From: Eledone cirrhosa
Taxonomy: Eukaryota
Assembly: GCA_964016885.1 (NCBI GenBank)
Contig: OZ024743.1
Location: 163,928,001 to 163,992,000 of the forward strand
Length of the DNA stretch: 64,000 nucleotides
Direction: 5' to 3'
Shown here: positions 53,093 through 64,000 of the stretch, in pieces
Position numbering within the stretch: position 1 is the first letter of the stretch
How the letters are laid out: every line of letters begins with the position of its first letter
Notes under the pieces: model-generated
Databases searched by the model: none
Seen by the model: the letters and a program-made list of their open reading frames with translations, nothing else
What the model was told of the DNA's origin: nothing
Made by a program: the position numbers and the translations under genes

Positions 53093-54814
53093 TATATATT
53101 ATATATTATATATATAAATATATGTATATATTAATATATATATTATATATATATATAAAACAGAGGATGTCTGTCTGTGTGTCTGTTTCCCTAAAACTCG
53201 AGAAGTACCCAACCATATTTTTTTTTCAAACTTTACACATGTAACCCGTATGCCCCCGGAAGTGTTTTGAGCAACAAAAAATTTCAAATTATTCTGACCC
53301 AGGGATCGAATTAGTGAAGTGGCCAATGTCTGTACATAATGAGGGAGTGAGAGGGGAGAGAAAGAAACGGAGAGGCGAAGTGAAGAAGTGGATCTCTACT
53401 CCTCCTCCTCCTTCTCCCCATTCGTCACAGCGTTTTTCGATAGAGGGGAGAAATGTGAACGGATTACAGAGAGAAAGAGTGTGAGTGAAAGAAACAGACA
53501 GACTAAAAGAGGGGGATAGTGGGAGAGAGAGAGAGAGAGTGACAGACGCCGTCTTTTGAGAGTTGTATGCGTCAAAGATACATCACAGTGGAATAACTAT
53601 TGTGTGTGTGTGTACGTGCGCGCGCGTGTGTGTGTGTTTGTGTGCATTTGCATGCGTGAGTGTGTATGTGTGCGTGAGTGATTATAAACTCTCACATGGT
53701 CTGATGGAATTAACCCTTTAGCATTTACATTACTCTATATATACTATATTATTTTCATGGTAAAGGCTTTATCTCACATAATATAAAAATCTCATAGATT
53801 TAATATTATTTATTTTGAGAACAATACCTTAACCCTTTAGTATTAATGTGAGTGAGTTATAAAGAGAAAGAGTGAGAGTGAAAGAAACAGACAGACTAAA
53901 AGAGGGGGATAGCGGGAGAAAGAGAGAGAGAGAGAGACGCTGGAAGAGGGGAAGGAAAGCTATATGTCTTGCTGTCTGCATTACGATACATATATACACA
54001 CACACACACTGATAGCGTCATAATGACGTAATGCAGACAGACAGACATACAGACAGATATTATTATAAGGGCGCAACGTTATATCTATGTATCTATCTAA
54101 AAAGAAAGACTAAGAATTATATAGAGAGAGAGATAAATCGCCTAATGCAGTCCCTAGGGCATTGAAAATTTTAAATATTTTTTGCTCAAAACACTCACAG
54201 GACCATAAGTATTACATGTGTAAAGTTTGGAAACAATCGTTTGGGTGGTTCTCAAGTTTTAGTGAGCTGACAGACAGACAGACATTCTCTGTTTTAGATA
54301 TATAGACTAGCAGAAAACCACCCGGTGGGCGGTTTTCTGCTAGCAAATCTAGTGTATATACTGATATTGTTGAGATTTGGATGAGAAATGTTTTCGGCAC
54401 CACATGTTCACCGTCTCTCGGTGTGTCTTTTATGCATGTATAAATATATATGTTATCTATACGGTGAAATCTTTGAAATAAATATATGTTAAAACGAAAA
54501 AGGAGAAAAAGAGATTAGTGACGGAAATATAAACGTTATGATATAACGATGGAAATATATCTTCAAATGGTCCTTGGCATGGTGTCAAGTCAGAACCGCC
54601 TCGAACTGGTTACTTCTGGCTTGTGCAAGGTGTCTCTATAGCAACCAGCGATTCCCTCGGCCTCAGTGACCAAAGTCAGTGGAGAGGGGAAGGTAATGTT
54701 TCTATAGCGACAGTGTTTCTCTTGGTAGTACCAAAGTGGAGAAAGGAAGGGGAAGGTAATATTTCTGTAGCACCTACATTTGAGTTTTAGGGAAGGACAG
54801 ACAGACAGACAAAC

Positions 54815-54843
54815 AGAGAAATGCCCATATATTTCTGTGTGTG

Positions 54844-54887
<44 letters not shown>

Positions 54888-55142
54888 TATATTACACACA
54901 CAGAAATGTATATATATTTCTGTGTGTATATATATATATATATTACAGACACAGAAATGTATATATATTTCTGTGTGTATATATATATATTTTTCTGTGT
55001 GTGTATATATATATATATTACACACAGAAATGTATATATATTTCTGTGTATATATATATATATATTACACACACAGAAATGTATATATATTTCTGTGTGT
55101 ATATATATATATATTACACACACAGAAATGTATATATATTTC
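54815..55142. repeat. Minisatellite of palindromic units separated by (TA)n
   Basis: Unit ACACAGAAATGTATATATATTTCTGTGT, about 5-6 copies. Confidence 0.88.
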
Positions 55143-57300
55143 TTAGAACAAAATTATTATTAATGTTTTGCTGTTCATAACAATTGGAATTGAAAAATTA
55201 CTTTTGAAATTATTAGTTATTTTACTAATGCTTAGATATGTAAAAATGAGGAAATGTTTCTAATAATTGTTTCTACTTTTGGCACAAGGCCAGCAATTAC
55301 CCAGTACATTACTGGTACTTTATTTTATCGACCCCGTGAGGATGAAAGGCAAAGTTAACCTCGGCGGTATTTGAACTCAGACCGTAAAGGGACGTAACTC
55401 CATGCTATGAAGGATGGTGTCCGACTCTCTACAGATTCTGCCAATCCACCGCCCTAATGTCTGTACGTAATGAGGGAGTGAGAGGGGAGAGAAAGAAAGG
55501 CAGAGGTGAAGTGACGAAGTGACTCTCTCCTCCTCCATCTCCCCATTCGTCACAGCGATAGAGGGGAGGAATGTTAGTGTGTTACAAAGAGAAAGAGTGA
55601 GAGTGAGAGAAACAGACAGACTAAAAGAGAGGGATAGCTGGAGAGAGAGAGATATAGCAACCACGCGCGCACGTGTTTCCATTGTCGGACAGACAGACAG
55701 AGAAATTGCTGGTTATATATTATAAGGAGATATATATATAATTATATATTCCTGTGCAGATATTTTTGCATACACAATAACAAAATATAAATAAACGTAT
55801 TTATTTCACGAGGCTCAATAAGGATAAATATATAAGAACCCTAGAGCAAATCCCGAGTAACGCCAGGCTATTTTGCTAGTATATATATAAAACAGAGGAT
55901 GTCTGTCTGTGTGTCTGTTTCCCTAAAACTCGAGAAGTACCCAACCGTTTTTTTTTCAAACTTTACACATGTAACCCGTATGGCCCCGGAAGTGTTTTGA
56001 GCAAAAAAAAAAAATTTCGAATTATTCTGACCTAGGGATCGAATTAGTGAAGTGGCCAATGCCTGTACATAATGAGGGAGTGAGAGGGGAGAGAAAGAAA
56101 CGGAGAGGCGAAGTGAAGAAGTGGCTCTCTACTCCTTCTCCCCATTCGTCACAGCGTTTTTCGATAGAGGGGAGAAATTGAACGAGTTACAGAGAGAAAG
56201 AGTGAGAGTGAAAGAAACAGACAGACTAAAAGAGGGGGGATAGCGGGAGAGAGAGAGAGAGTGACAGACGCCGTATTTTGAAAGTTGTATGCGTCAAAGA
56301 TACATCACAGTGGAATAACTATTGGGTGTGTGTGTGCGTTTGCATGAGTGAGTGATTATAAACTCTCTCACATGGTCTGATGGAATTAACCCTTTGGCAT
56401 TTACATTACTCTATATATACTATATTATTTTCATGGTAAAGGCTTTATCTCACATAATATAAAAATCTATATATCTAAAACAGAGAATGTCTGTCTGTCT
56501 GTCCGCTCACTAAAACTCGAGAACCACCCAAGCGACTGTTTTCAAACTTTACACATGTAATGCTTATGTTTCAGGGAGTGTTCTGAGCAAAAAATATTTC
56601 AATTGGCAGTATCGGTAGAGGATCGGACGCTATGCTTTCCAACATAGTTACGTCCCTTTACGATCTGAGTTCAAATCCCGCCGAGGTTGACTTTTCCTTT
56701 CATCCTTACGGGGTCGATAAAATAAAGTACCAGTAATGCACTGGGTAATTGCTGGCCTTGTGCCTAAAGTAGAAACAATTATCTATAAAAGGCAGATTGT
56801 TGTGTGTGTGTGCATGTTCCATGTTTATACATTTGCACAATTTCAAACCGATTCGACTCAGAGTCTGTAAGAATGTTGTAAATGGTCTAATATAGGTTAA
56901 CGACTATTTATTTCATTCAAACTCACCAACAATTACGGAAATAATCGATAAAACTAAATACATGACGCTTTACCCCTATAATACAATCTGATTTACTCTC
57001 TACTCCCCTTAAAATTCGATAAAACTACATACATGCTGCAACTTTCTCTTATATACGATTAAATTTACAAACTTTAAGAGAGAGAGAGAGAGAGGGAACG
57101 TTTGTTTTTGAGTGTGGAACGGTCAAACATTTATTTACTTCAATGACAAAGAACTTATTACATTTCATACGAAACAACAATTATTCAAAAGCAACAGATA
57201 AATTTATTCAACAACAAAAAAAATAGCGATAAATCTTTTTAAAAACATCTATCAACGAACGTGGAAGAAAGAAGTATCAGTTCATTTACTATACACAATA

Positions 57301-57482
57301 ATATCCTCGGTGAGGTCACTATACCTGCTAGAAACAGCAGCTAACTCTCCCCCATATCGCACCCCTCCCTACTGTCTTAAATTTAGAAAACATATCCTCT
57401 ATGAGGTCACTAAAGCTGCTAGAAACAGCAGCTAACTCTCCCCATATCACACCCCTCTCTACTGTCTTAAATTTAGAAAACA
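57301..57482. repeat. 91-bp tandem duplication
   Basis: Units start at 57301 and 57392. Confidence 0.85.
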
Positions 57483-57782
57483 CATTAGACAACCATACAG
57501 AACAACTCCATCGCAGCTCTGTTGTTCGGCTGGCATCGTGTACGCACGTGTTGCGCAAGTACTGTGAAACAATAAATTTCAACACTTCTTTGCACAGAGA
57601 TAATATCCATAGGCGAAATTACAATTGTCACTGCTGGTGCAGCTCCTGCTTCAGCAGTCCAGGTCTGCAATTCATTCACCCAGTGCCTGGCAGACAAAGA
57701 AGTGCTGCCATAAAATGCGTGGTGCAACCTAACTTTGGTAACTTACTGAACCCGAGCAACGCCGGGCTTTAATGCTAGTATA

Positions 57783-57992
57783 TATATACGTGGAGAAATA
57801 TATAAAGGAGAACAAACCGTTAAAACATGTTTATTTAAAATAGCACCTACGTACGTTTCGCCCGACTGGGCTTCTCACTGGCATAACAAATTAAAAAGCG
57901 TTCCTTACATGACACATAAATGTACGTAGTTGGTATTTTAAATAAACATGTTTTAACGGTTTGTTCTCCTTTATATATTTCTCCACGTATAT
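57783..57992. repeat. Inverted repeat, about 70-bp arms
   Basis: ATATACGTGGAGAAATATATAAAGGAGAACAAACCGTTAAAACATGTTTATTTAAAATA is mirrored. Confidence 0.9.
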
Positions 57993-58138
57993 CCGCTCTG
58001 CTGATTTTCTCGCCCACTAGATGTTAACACTTCTAATATTTAACCCTGCAGGCACAAGCATTGAGTACCCTTTGCATATGCTATTGGCAAATAACTACAT
58101 GTATTGCCTATCTCTTCTTCTCTCTCTTGATACTTAAT

Positions 58139-58198
<60 letters not shown>

Positions 58199-58369
58199 TG
58201 TAACGTTTTTCGAAATATTTACTTCTGCGTTCACAGATTGATTTTTTTTGTTTCAGAAGATCCCGTTAAGGGTGACAGCAGCGATTCTTTGCTTAAACTT
58301 TAATCTGTTATTTTAATATATATATATATAATATATAAGATCAAAAGATGGTTAAAAGAGTTCCATGTA

Positions 58370-58436
58370 TTTTATTATGCGCATTTCAAAAACAAATATC
58401 ATCATGCAATAACATTTGTGTTTTCATCAGATAAAA
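58370..58436 (-). ncRNA. Hammerhead ribozyme, relative of 48580-48645 (solo PLE pseudo-LTR piece)
   Basis: TTTTAT-CTGATGA-AAA..TTT-GAAA-TGCGCA-TA-ATAAAA. Confidence 0.75.
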
Positions 58437-60525
58437 TAGGAAGACATGATATGAAGGTTAAAAAACACTTGTGAATAGTGCAGTTTTAAATCAACATATA
58501 TATATATTCGTGTACAGACATTTTTGCATGAACAAAACAAAATATAAACAAAAGTATTTATTTCACGAGGCTCGATAAGGATAAATATATATCAAATATA
58601 TAAGAACCCGAGAGCAAATCCCGAGCAACGCCGGGCCATTCTGCTAGTCTATATATATAAAACTGAGGATGTCTGTCTGTGTGTGTGTGAGTTTGAATCC
58701 CTAAAACTAGAGAAGCACTGAACCGACTGCTTTCAAACTTTACACATGTAATACTTATGTTTCACGGAGTGTTCTGAGCAAAAAATTTTTTTAATTTTCA
58801 ATGCCCTAGGGACCGCATTAGGCGATTTAGCGATCTCTCTCTATAATTCGTAGTCTTTCTCTTTTTAGATAGATACATACATATAACGTCGCACCCTTAT
58901 AATATCTCTCTGTATGTCTGGCTGTCTGCATCGCACTCGGCACATCAATGTATGGCTGTTAAACGGACAGCGAACGCATTCTGATTCATTGTAAAGGCTA
59001 CCAGTGGAAGCAACCGTAACACCCTCCAAATTTCAGAGAACGCAGTCAAAATCACTATTAAGGCACTTTTTAGGACCTCCACTTGAAATTGTTGATAGTT
59101 ACCCATCCTTACTGGGGTGTCAGTGAACGGCTTACACGGCCCTTATAAGGGCCCTTGAAATAGCTGATGGCGACCCTTTCGTTTAGGGCTGCCAGTGAAC
59201 ACACACACGCCTGGGGGGCCCATTTTATTGCACCATTCCTCTTTAAATTTGTTAAATTATACCCACAGTTTGGTAAACATTTGTCCAGTTGCGTTTACTT
59301 ACTAAGGTGCGGTGGACTCCTTTGAGAAGGCTCCACATGCTGTCCGATTGCATGTCATGCCTTGCTCAAGCATTGCAGACTTCCCTCTGACATAAGTGGT
59401 GACATCTGTCCTGTTGAATCATGCAACTTTATTAAAGTACAAAAGCACCAAGCCGATTTACTCCACGTGGAAGGAGAAGCATACCTAATACTAATTGCAT
59501 CAGAGTATTCGGTTTATTTTCTTTACATATTGTCCAGGCATGCAGTTTTTCCAAGATTAGGTCTGTTGGCGGCCCGCGTTATGTTTCAGGGAGTGTTATG
59601 CACATAAAAAATTCAACTTTTTGATCCCTTAGGGCCCGCATTAAGGGGTATTTTGAGGCATTACGTCAGATCGATTTCCTTGAAATTGTAACTATCTATT
59701 AGTCAGTCTCTTCTTCATACCGTAAGCAAAGAAAATCCAACTTTTTTATGGCCTAGGTGAAAAACTTCATTTTTTCATCTTTTTAGGGCTTAATTTAGGC
59801 GTTACGTCTAGCCGAGTTTCCCGAAATTTCAAGGCATATTATGCACATAAAAAAATTCATTTTCTTGATGCCCTAGGGCCAGCGTTAGGTGAAAACCTGC
59901 ATTTTTCCTGCTTCATCGAGGAAAATCTTAAAGATTATCCACCCATCAGAGTATTCGGTTTATTTTCTTTACATATTGTCAAGGCATGTAGTTTTTCCAC
60001 GATTAGGTCTGTTGGCGGCCCGCGTTCCAAAATACCTTATCCCGTGCAACGCCGGGTACCACTGCTAGTATATTATATATATATTTATATATTATATATA
60101 TATTTTATATATATATTATATATTGTATATTATATATATATATTATATATATATATATTATATATATATATATATTATATATATATATACACATTACATA
60201 TTATATATTATATATATATATTATATATATATACATATTATTTATTATATATTATATATATATATATAAAATATATATATATATATATAATGCCTCTTTA
60301 ATTATTAGACTATTCTCTTGTATTATCTTTTGCATGTATTTCACTCTGTGCTTTTAATTTTAATTTTAATCTTAATTTGAATTATTGTACAATTCTCGTA
60401 TAATATATGTCGCCTCCATTACACCCTGTATATACTAAACTGTTGTTCACAACATCAATATATATGTATCTATATGATTGTTCAGTTGAATTAGGAGGTT
60501 AATTATATGTACAAACATTGATAAT

Positions 60526-60570
60526 ACTCCGATGACTCCAAACTAAAGTTTGGAAGAAACAATTTTTAGT
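60526..60570 (+). ncRNA. Degenerate hammerhead motif
   Basis: ACT-CcGATGA-cTCCAAAC taaa GTTTGGAa-GAAAC-AATT..AGT; strong stem II, damaged core. Confidence 0.5.
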
Positions 60571-60579
60571 GATTAAATG

Positions 60580-60884
60580 ATTTGAACATAACTTTGATAT
60601 TTGTGTAATTTATATTCCTGCTCTGTAAAACACCTGATGTTCTTACATTGAGCTATTTCTCTTACTGGTAATAAGGTAGTAGTAAATTACTGACCTTTCC
60701 TGTTTATAGTTATTTATTGTATAGTATATGCATAACTATAAATACTATACAATAAATAACTATAAACAGGAAAGGTCAGTAATTTATTACTACCTTATTA
60801 CCAGTAAGAGAAATAGCTCAATGTAAGAACATCAGTTGTTTTACAGAGCAGGAATATAAATTACACAAGTATCAAAGTTATGTT

Positions 60885-60889
<5 letters not shown>
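60580..60889. repeat. Long fold-back inverted repeat, about 148-bp arms, about 14-nt loop
   Basis: 60580-60727 is mirrored at 60742-60889 with few mismatches; ends at (TA)n. Confidence 0.93.
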
Positions 60890-60954
<65 letters not shown>

Positions 60955-60962
<8 letters not shown>

Positions 60963-61520
60963 TGTGTGCAGGAGAGGCGGTTGCGTTGGTATGGACATGT
61001 GATGTGTATGAAGGATGACAGCTGCATAAAAAGGTGCAGAGCACTAGAAGTCGATGGACACCGTGGAGTGGGGAGACCCAAGAAGACCTGGGATGAAGTG
61101 ATAAAAGCCGACCATACCCAATTACACCTCTCAAAAGCGATGACACACGACCGTGACCTTTGGCGTCATGCAGTAATACAGAAGACCCGACCCCACCACG
61201 GGTACAAGCCGAAGCTGAAGCATATAGACAATATGCCCCCACACCCTCCCACTGCAAACTGGTTGTGGCGGTGCCATGGCAAACAAGCACCCAACCCACA
61301 CTGTAAAGTGGACGTGTAGGCAGCACAAAAAAAAAGCACCCAGCACTCACTGTAAATGAGGTTGGTGTTAGGAATGGCATCTAGCTGTAGAAATCAAGCC
61401 AGAATCGGTTCCCGTATGAGCAAGGCATTGTCAGCCAACCGGACACTGCCCACAACAGGACAACCCCTCTAACCTATGCTAGCATGGAAGAACGGACGTA
61501 AAACGGGGATGATGATGATA
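60955..61520 (+). mobile_element. RTE family A 3' end
   Basis: ORF 60966 QERRLRWYGHVM..GRPKKTW plus 3' UTR. Confidence 0.9.
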
Positions 61521-62012
61521 TATCTATATATATATAAAACTGAGGATGTCTGTCTGTGTGAGTTTGAATCCCTAAAACTCGAAAAGCACCCAAGCGACTG
61601 TTTTCAAACTTTACACATGTAATGCTTATGTTTCAGGGAGTGTTCTGAGCAAAGAATATTTCAAATTTTTAATGCCCTAGGGACTGCATTAGGCGATCTC
61701 TCTCTATAATTCTTAGTCTTTCTCTTTTTAGATAGAGACATACATATAATGTTGCGCCCTTATAATATATGTCTGGCTGTCTGCATTACGTCACTTCCCT
61801 GAGGATGTCTGTCTGTGTGTGTGTGTGAGTTTGAATCCCTAAAACTTGAAAAGTACCCAACCTATTTTTTTCAAACTTTACATGTGTATTGCTTATGTTT
61901 CAGGGAGTGTTATGATCTCCTAGGGCCCGCATTAGGTGAAAAACTGCATTTTTAAAGCTTTTTGGGGGGTTTTTGAGTCGTTACGTCAGACCGATTTCCT
62001 TGAAATTGTAAT

Positions 62013-63790
62013 TACCATATATACTCGCGTATAGGTCGCCCCATCAGATAGGTCGCATACCCACTTTTCATTTAACAAATAGGCTATTTGCCATTGACTA
62101 GGTTGCACTGAAATTTGGGCTGTCAAACTACTATTTTTTATGATAATTGAAACTAATAATCTGTTAGTTTTCCATTACTTCGCCGTTGCGATATATACTC
62201 CAAACCATGTTTTATTTATAAAATAAACATTAATGTCATCGAAATTTCCTCAATTCGAGATTACTGCGAGATAAAGCCTTTAAGCGCGAAAATTAACTCT
62301 TAATATAGTGAAACAACTTGAAATAACACGTGTTTTTTAACGTTGAAAGTATAACAGATTTTTAGCGTATCAACATGGCTTCCCAAAGTAGCGAATACCG
62401 ACTTTGAAGGTTTTACATGCGACGACATTCGAAATGAAAAAGAAACACAAGATAATATTAGTGATTTATCTTCAAATGAATCAGATGTATTTATTTCTGA
62501 TGATGATAGTTACTTTGAAAGTAAAAGCGAAGATCTGACGGACACCATTGAAAATATTACAGCAACGTGGTTGAAAGATACAACACCAATACATGTTCAC
62601 ACCTATTAATGAACTTATATATTGGGAACACTCTGTTACGTAAATTTACACCGTACATTATGTAAGAGTACATTGCAAATATTATTTTGACTGGTGAAAA
62701 GGTTTTATACATTTTTTTCAATGAAAATATTTGCCTGGAATGTAGAGAAAGACTAAAACCTTGTACTGATTATATCTGCATTTTTAATTAATTCACCTGT
62801 TCGGAAAACTGTTAGAATTGATGGAAGTCAACATCTAGGTCATTATTGAATTATTTTTGCAACAAATCTAACAAGTAAGGCAGATAAAGTTTAAATTTTT
62901 GTGTTTATCCATAAAGTTATTACTTTTACACCTGTTAATTAATAGTTTTTTTCATTTCTTCATCTGTAACTGTGCATTCGTTATAATAGTCATTCAATTC
63001 ATCTTCACATTCTTCAATATCATCTCCGCATTTTCTGTCTTTTCACCAACTAAATCCTCATATAACACATCATCTTCAGTCCCGTCCATCGCATTTGATA
63101 TGCCTCATTTTTTGAAAGCCTTCATTATTAGCTCTTCAGGGATACTTTCCCAAGCCTCCTTCACCCACTCCACCACTAATCTCAAGCTAGGTCTTTTCAG
63201 TGATCCACCTTTGGTAATTTCTTTTTCACCTGATATTATCCAAGAAGTCTAGAGTTTACGGATATAAGTCTTGAAGGGCTTATTTACTGCCACATCAAGG
63301 GGTTGTAAGACTGAGGTGCAACCACCAGGATCACTGCTTGTCTTGTTTTACAATCCTTCAGCTTAGCCTTTACAGACTCACAGCAGTGAGATCGAAACAT
63401 ATCCCAAACTAACAAACTTCGTGGCTTCAGTAATGCCCCTTCATCAAGCCATAACTTTGTTAAGTTCTCGTCCATCCAGCCCTTCGGATGTACCTTCACA
63501 ATCACATCGCTTGGAAAATTCTCTTTCGGCATAATTTTCCTTTTAAAAATAACCATAGGGCGAAGTTTTTTCCCATCAGCCTGGCATGCTAGAACAACAG
63601 TAAAATGTTGTTTTTCATGACCTGTGGTTTTGACTGTAACAGTTTTGTTACCTACACTATCCACAGTTGTGTTGCCTGGCATGTCAAAGTACATGGGTGT
63701 TTCATCCTTGTTAGCTATATTCTCCATGGCAAAATCAAACATTTTTCTTTCCTTTAACACAAATTTTACAAAATAAGTGTTCATTGCAAC
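62013..63790 (-). mobile_element. pogo/Tc2-like DNA transposon with DDE_1 transposase remnant
   Basis: NKDETP.YFDMP, TTGHEK..FTVVL...DGKKL.P..IFK, KGWMD, LLVWDMFR.H, QPLDVA.NKPFK; TIR-like TACCATATATACTCGCGTATAG at 62013. Confidence 0.88.
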
Positions 63791-64000
63791 GCTAAGACAA
63801 TGAAATCACATTTTAAATACCGGGTATGCATTTCTATGGATTTTAATGACGGATGGTTCGGTCAGAGAGAAAAAAACGTAAACACTACGAAGTTTTAGTA
63901 AAAGATTTAAAATCAAGAAATATATGTATAAGAAGGTAGATATATGAAATTATTATGTTAAATAATAACAAATATTAACAAAGTTATTTTTATAAATACC

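Larger units (their letters stand above)
53150..62012. mobile_element. Cluster of non-autonomous Helitrons (with nested SINE-B at 55261-55456 and 56602-56781)
   Basis: Repeated 5' ends TATATATAAAAC.GAGGATGTCTGTCTG (53150, 55880, 56466, 58648, 61523); 3' hairpin CCCG.GCAACGCCGGG + CTAG (55879, 57778, 58647, 60068); about 600-bp direct repeat 53150-53800 / 55880-56465. Confidence 0.82.

Noticed and set aside
58250-58285. Hammerhead-like CAGAAGA-tCCC..GGGt-GACAG (and a CTGATGA near 22365)
   Set aside because: Core too degenerate or motifs in the wrong order to call.

Overview
Eukaryotic, repeat-saturated DNA with no intact cellular gene that I can recognise. The SINE repertoire and dense (TA)n/(CA)n/(GAT)n tracts resemble coleoid cephalopod (octopus-like) genomes; this is inference only. 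The window is a nest of decayed transposons: about 11 RTE-clade LINE pieces from at least two families, two near-full-length L1/Tx1-clade elements, three Penelope-like (PLE) GIY-YIG pieces, a Vingi/Ingi-like RT, CRE and R4/Dong-like endonuclease ends, mariner and pogo/Tc2 transposases, hAT and Tigger MITEs, a Helitron cluster at 47.9-62 kb, and two abundant tRNA-derived SINE families. The most notable signals are: (i) at least 7 minimal type-I hammerhead-ribozyme motifs, several next to long fold-back inverted repeats near (TA)n; (ii) a GT..pyrimidine..AG micro-intron/acceptor just before the ORF2 ATG in both divergent Tx1 elements; (iii) a SINE whose 3' tail resembles the Tx1 3' end, including a copy with a 45-bp head array inside an 18-bp TSD; (iv) a mosaic SINE built from two RTE families; (v) two candidate minus-strand host exons that could join into a peptide-precursor-like C-terminus. 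All calls and boundaries were made by eye and are approximate.
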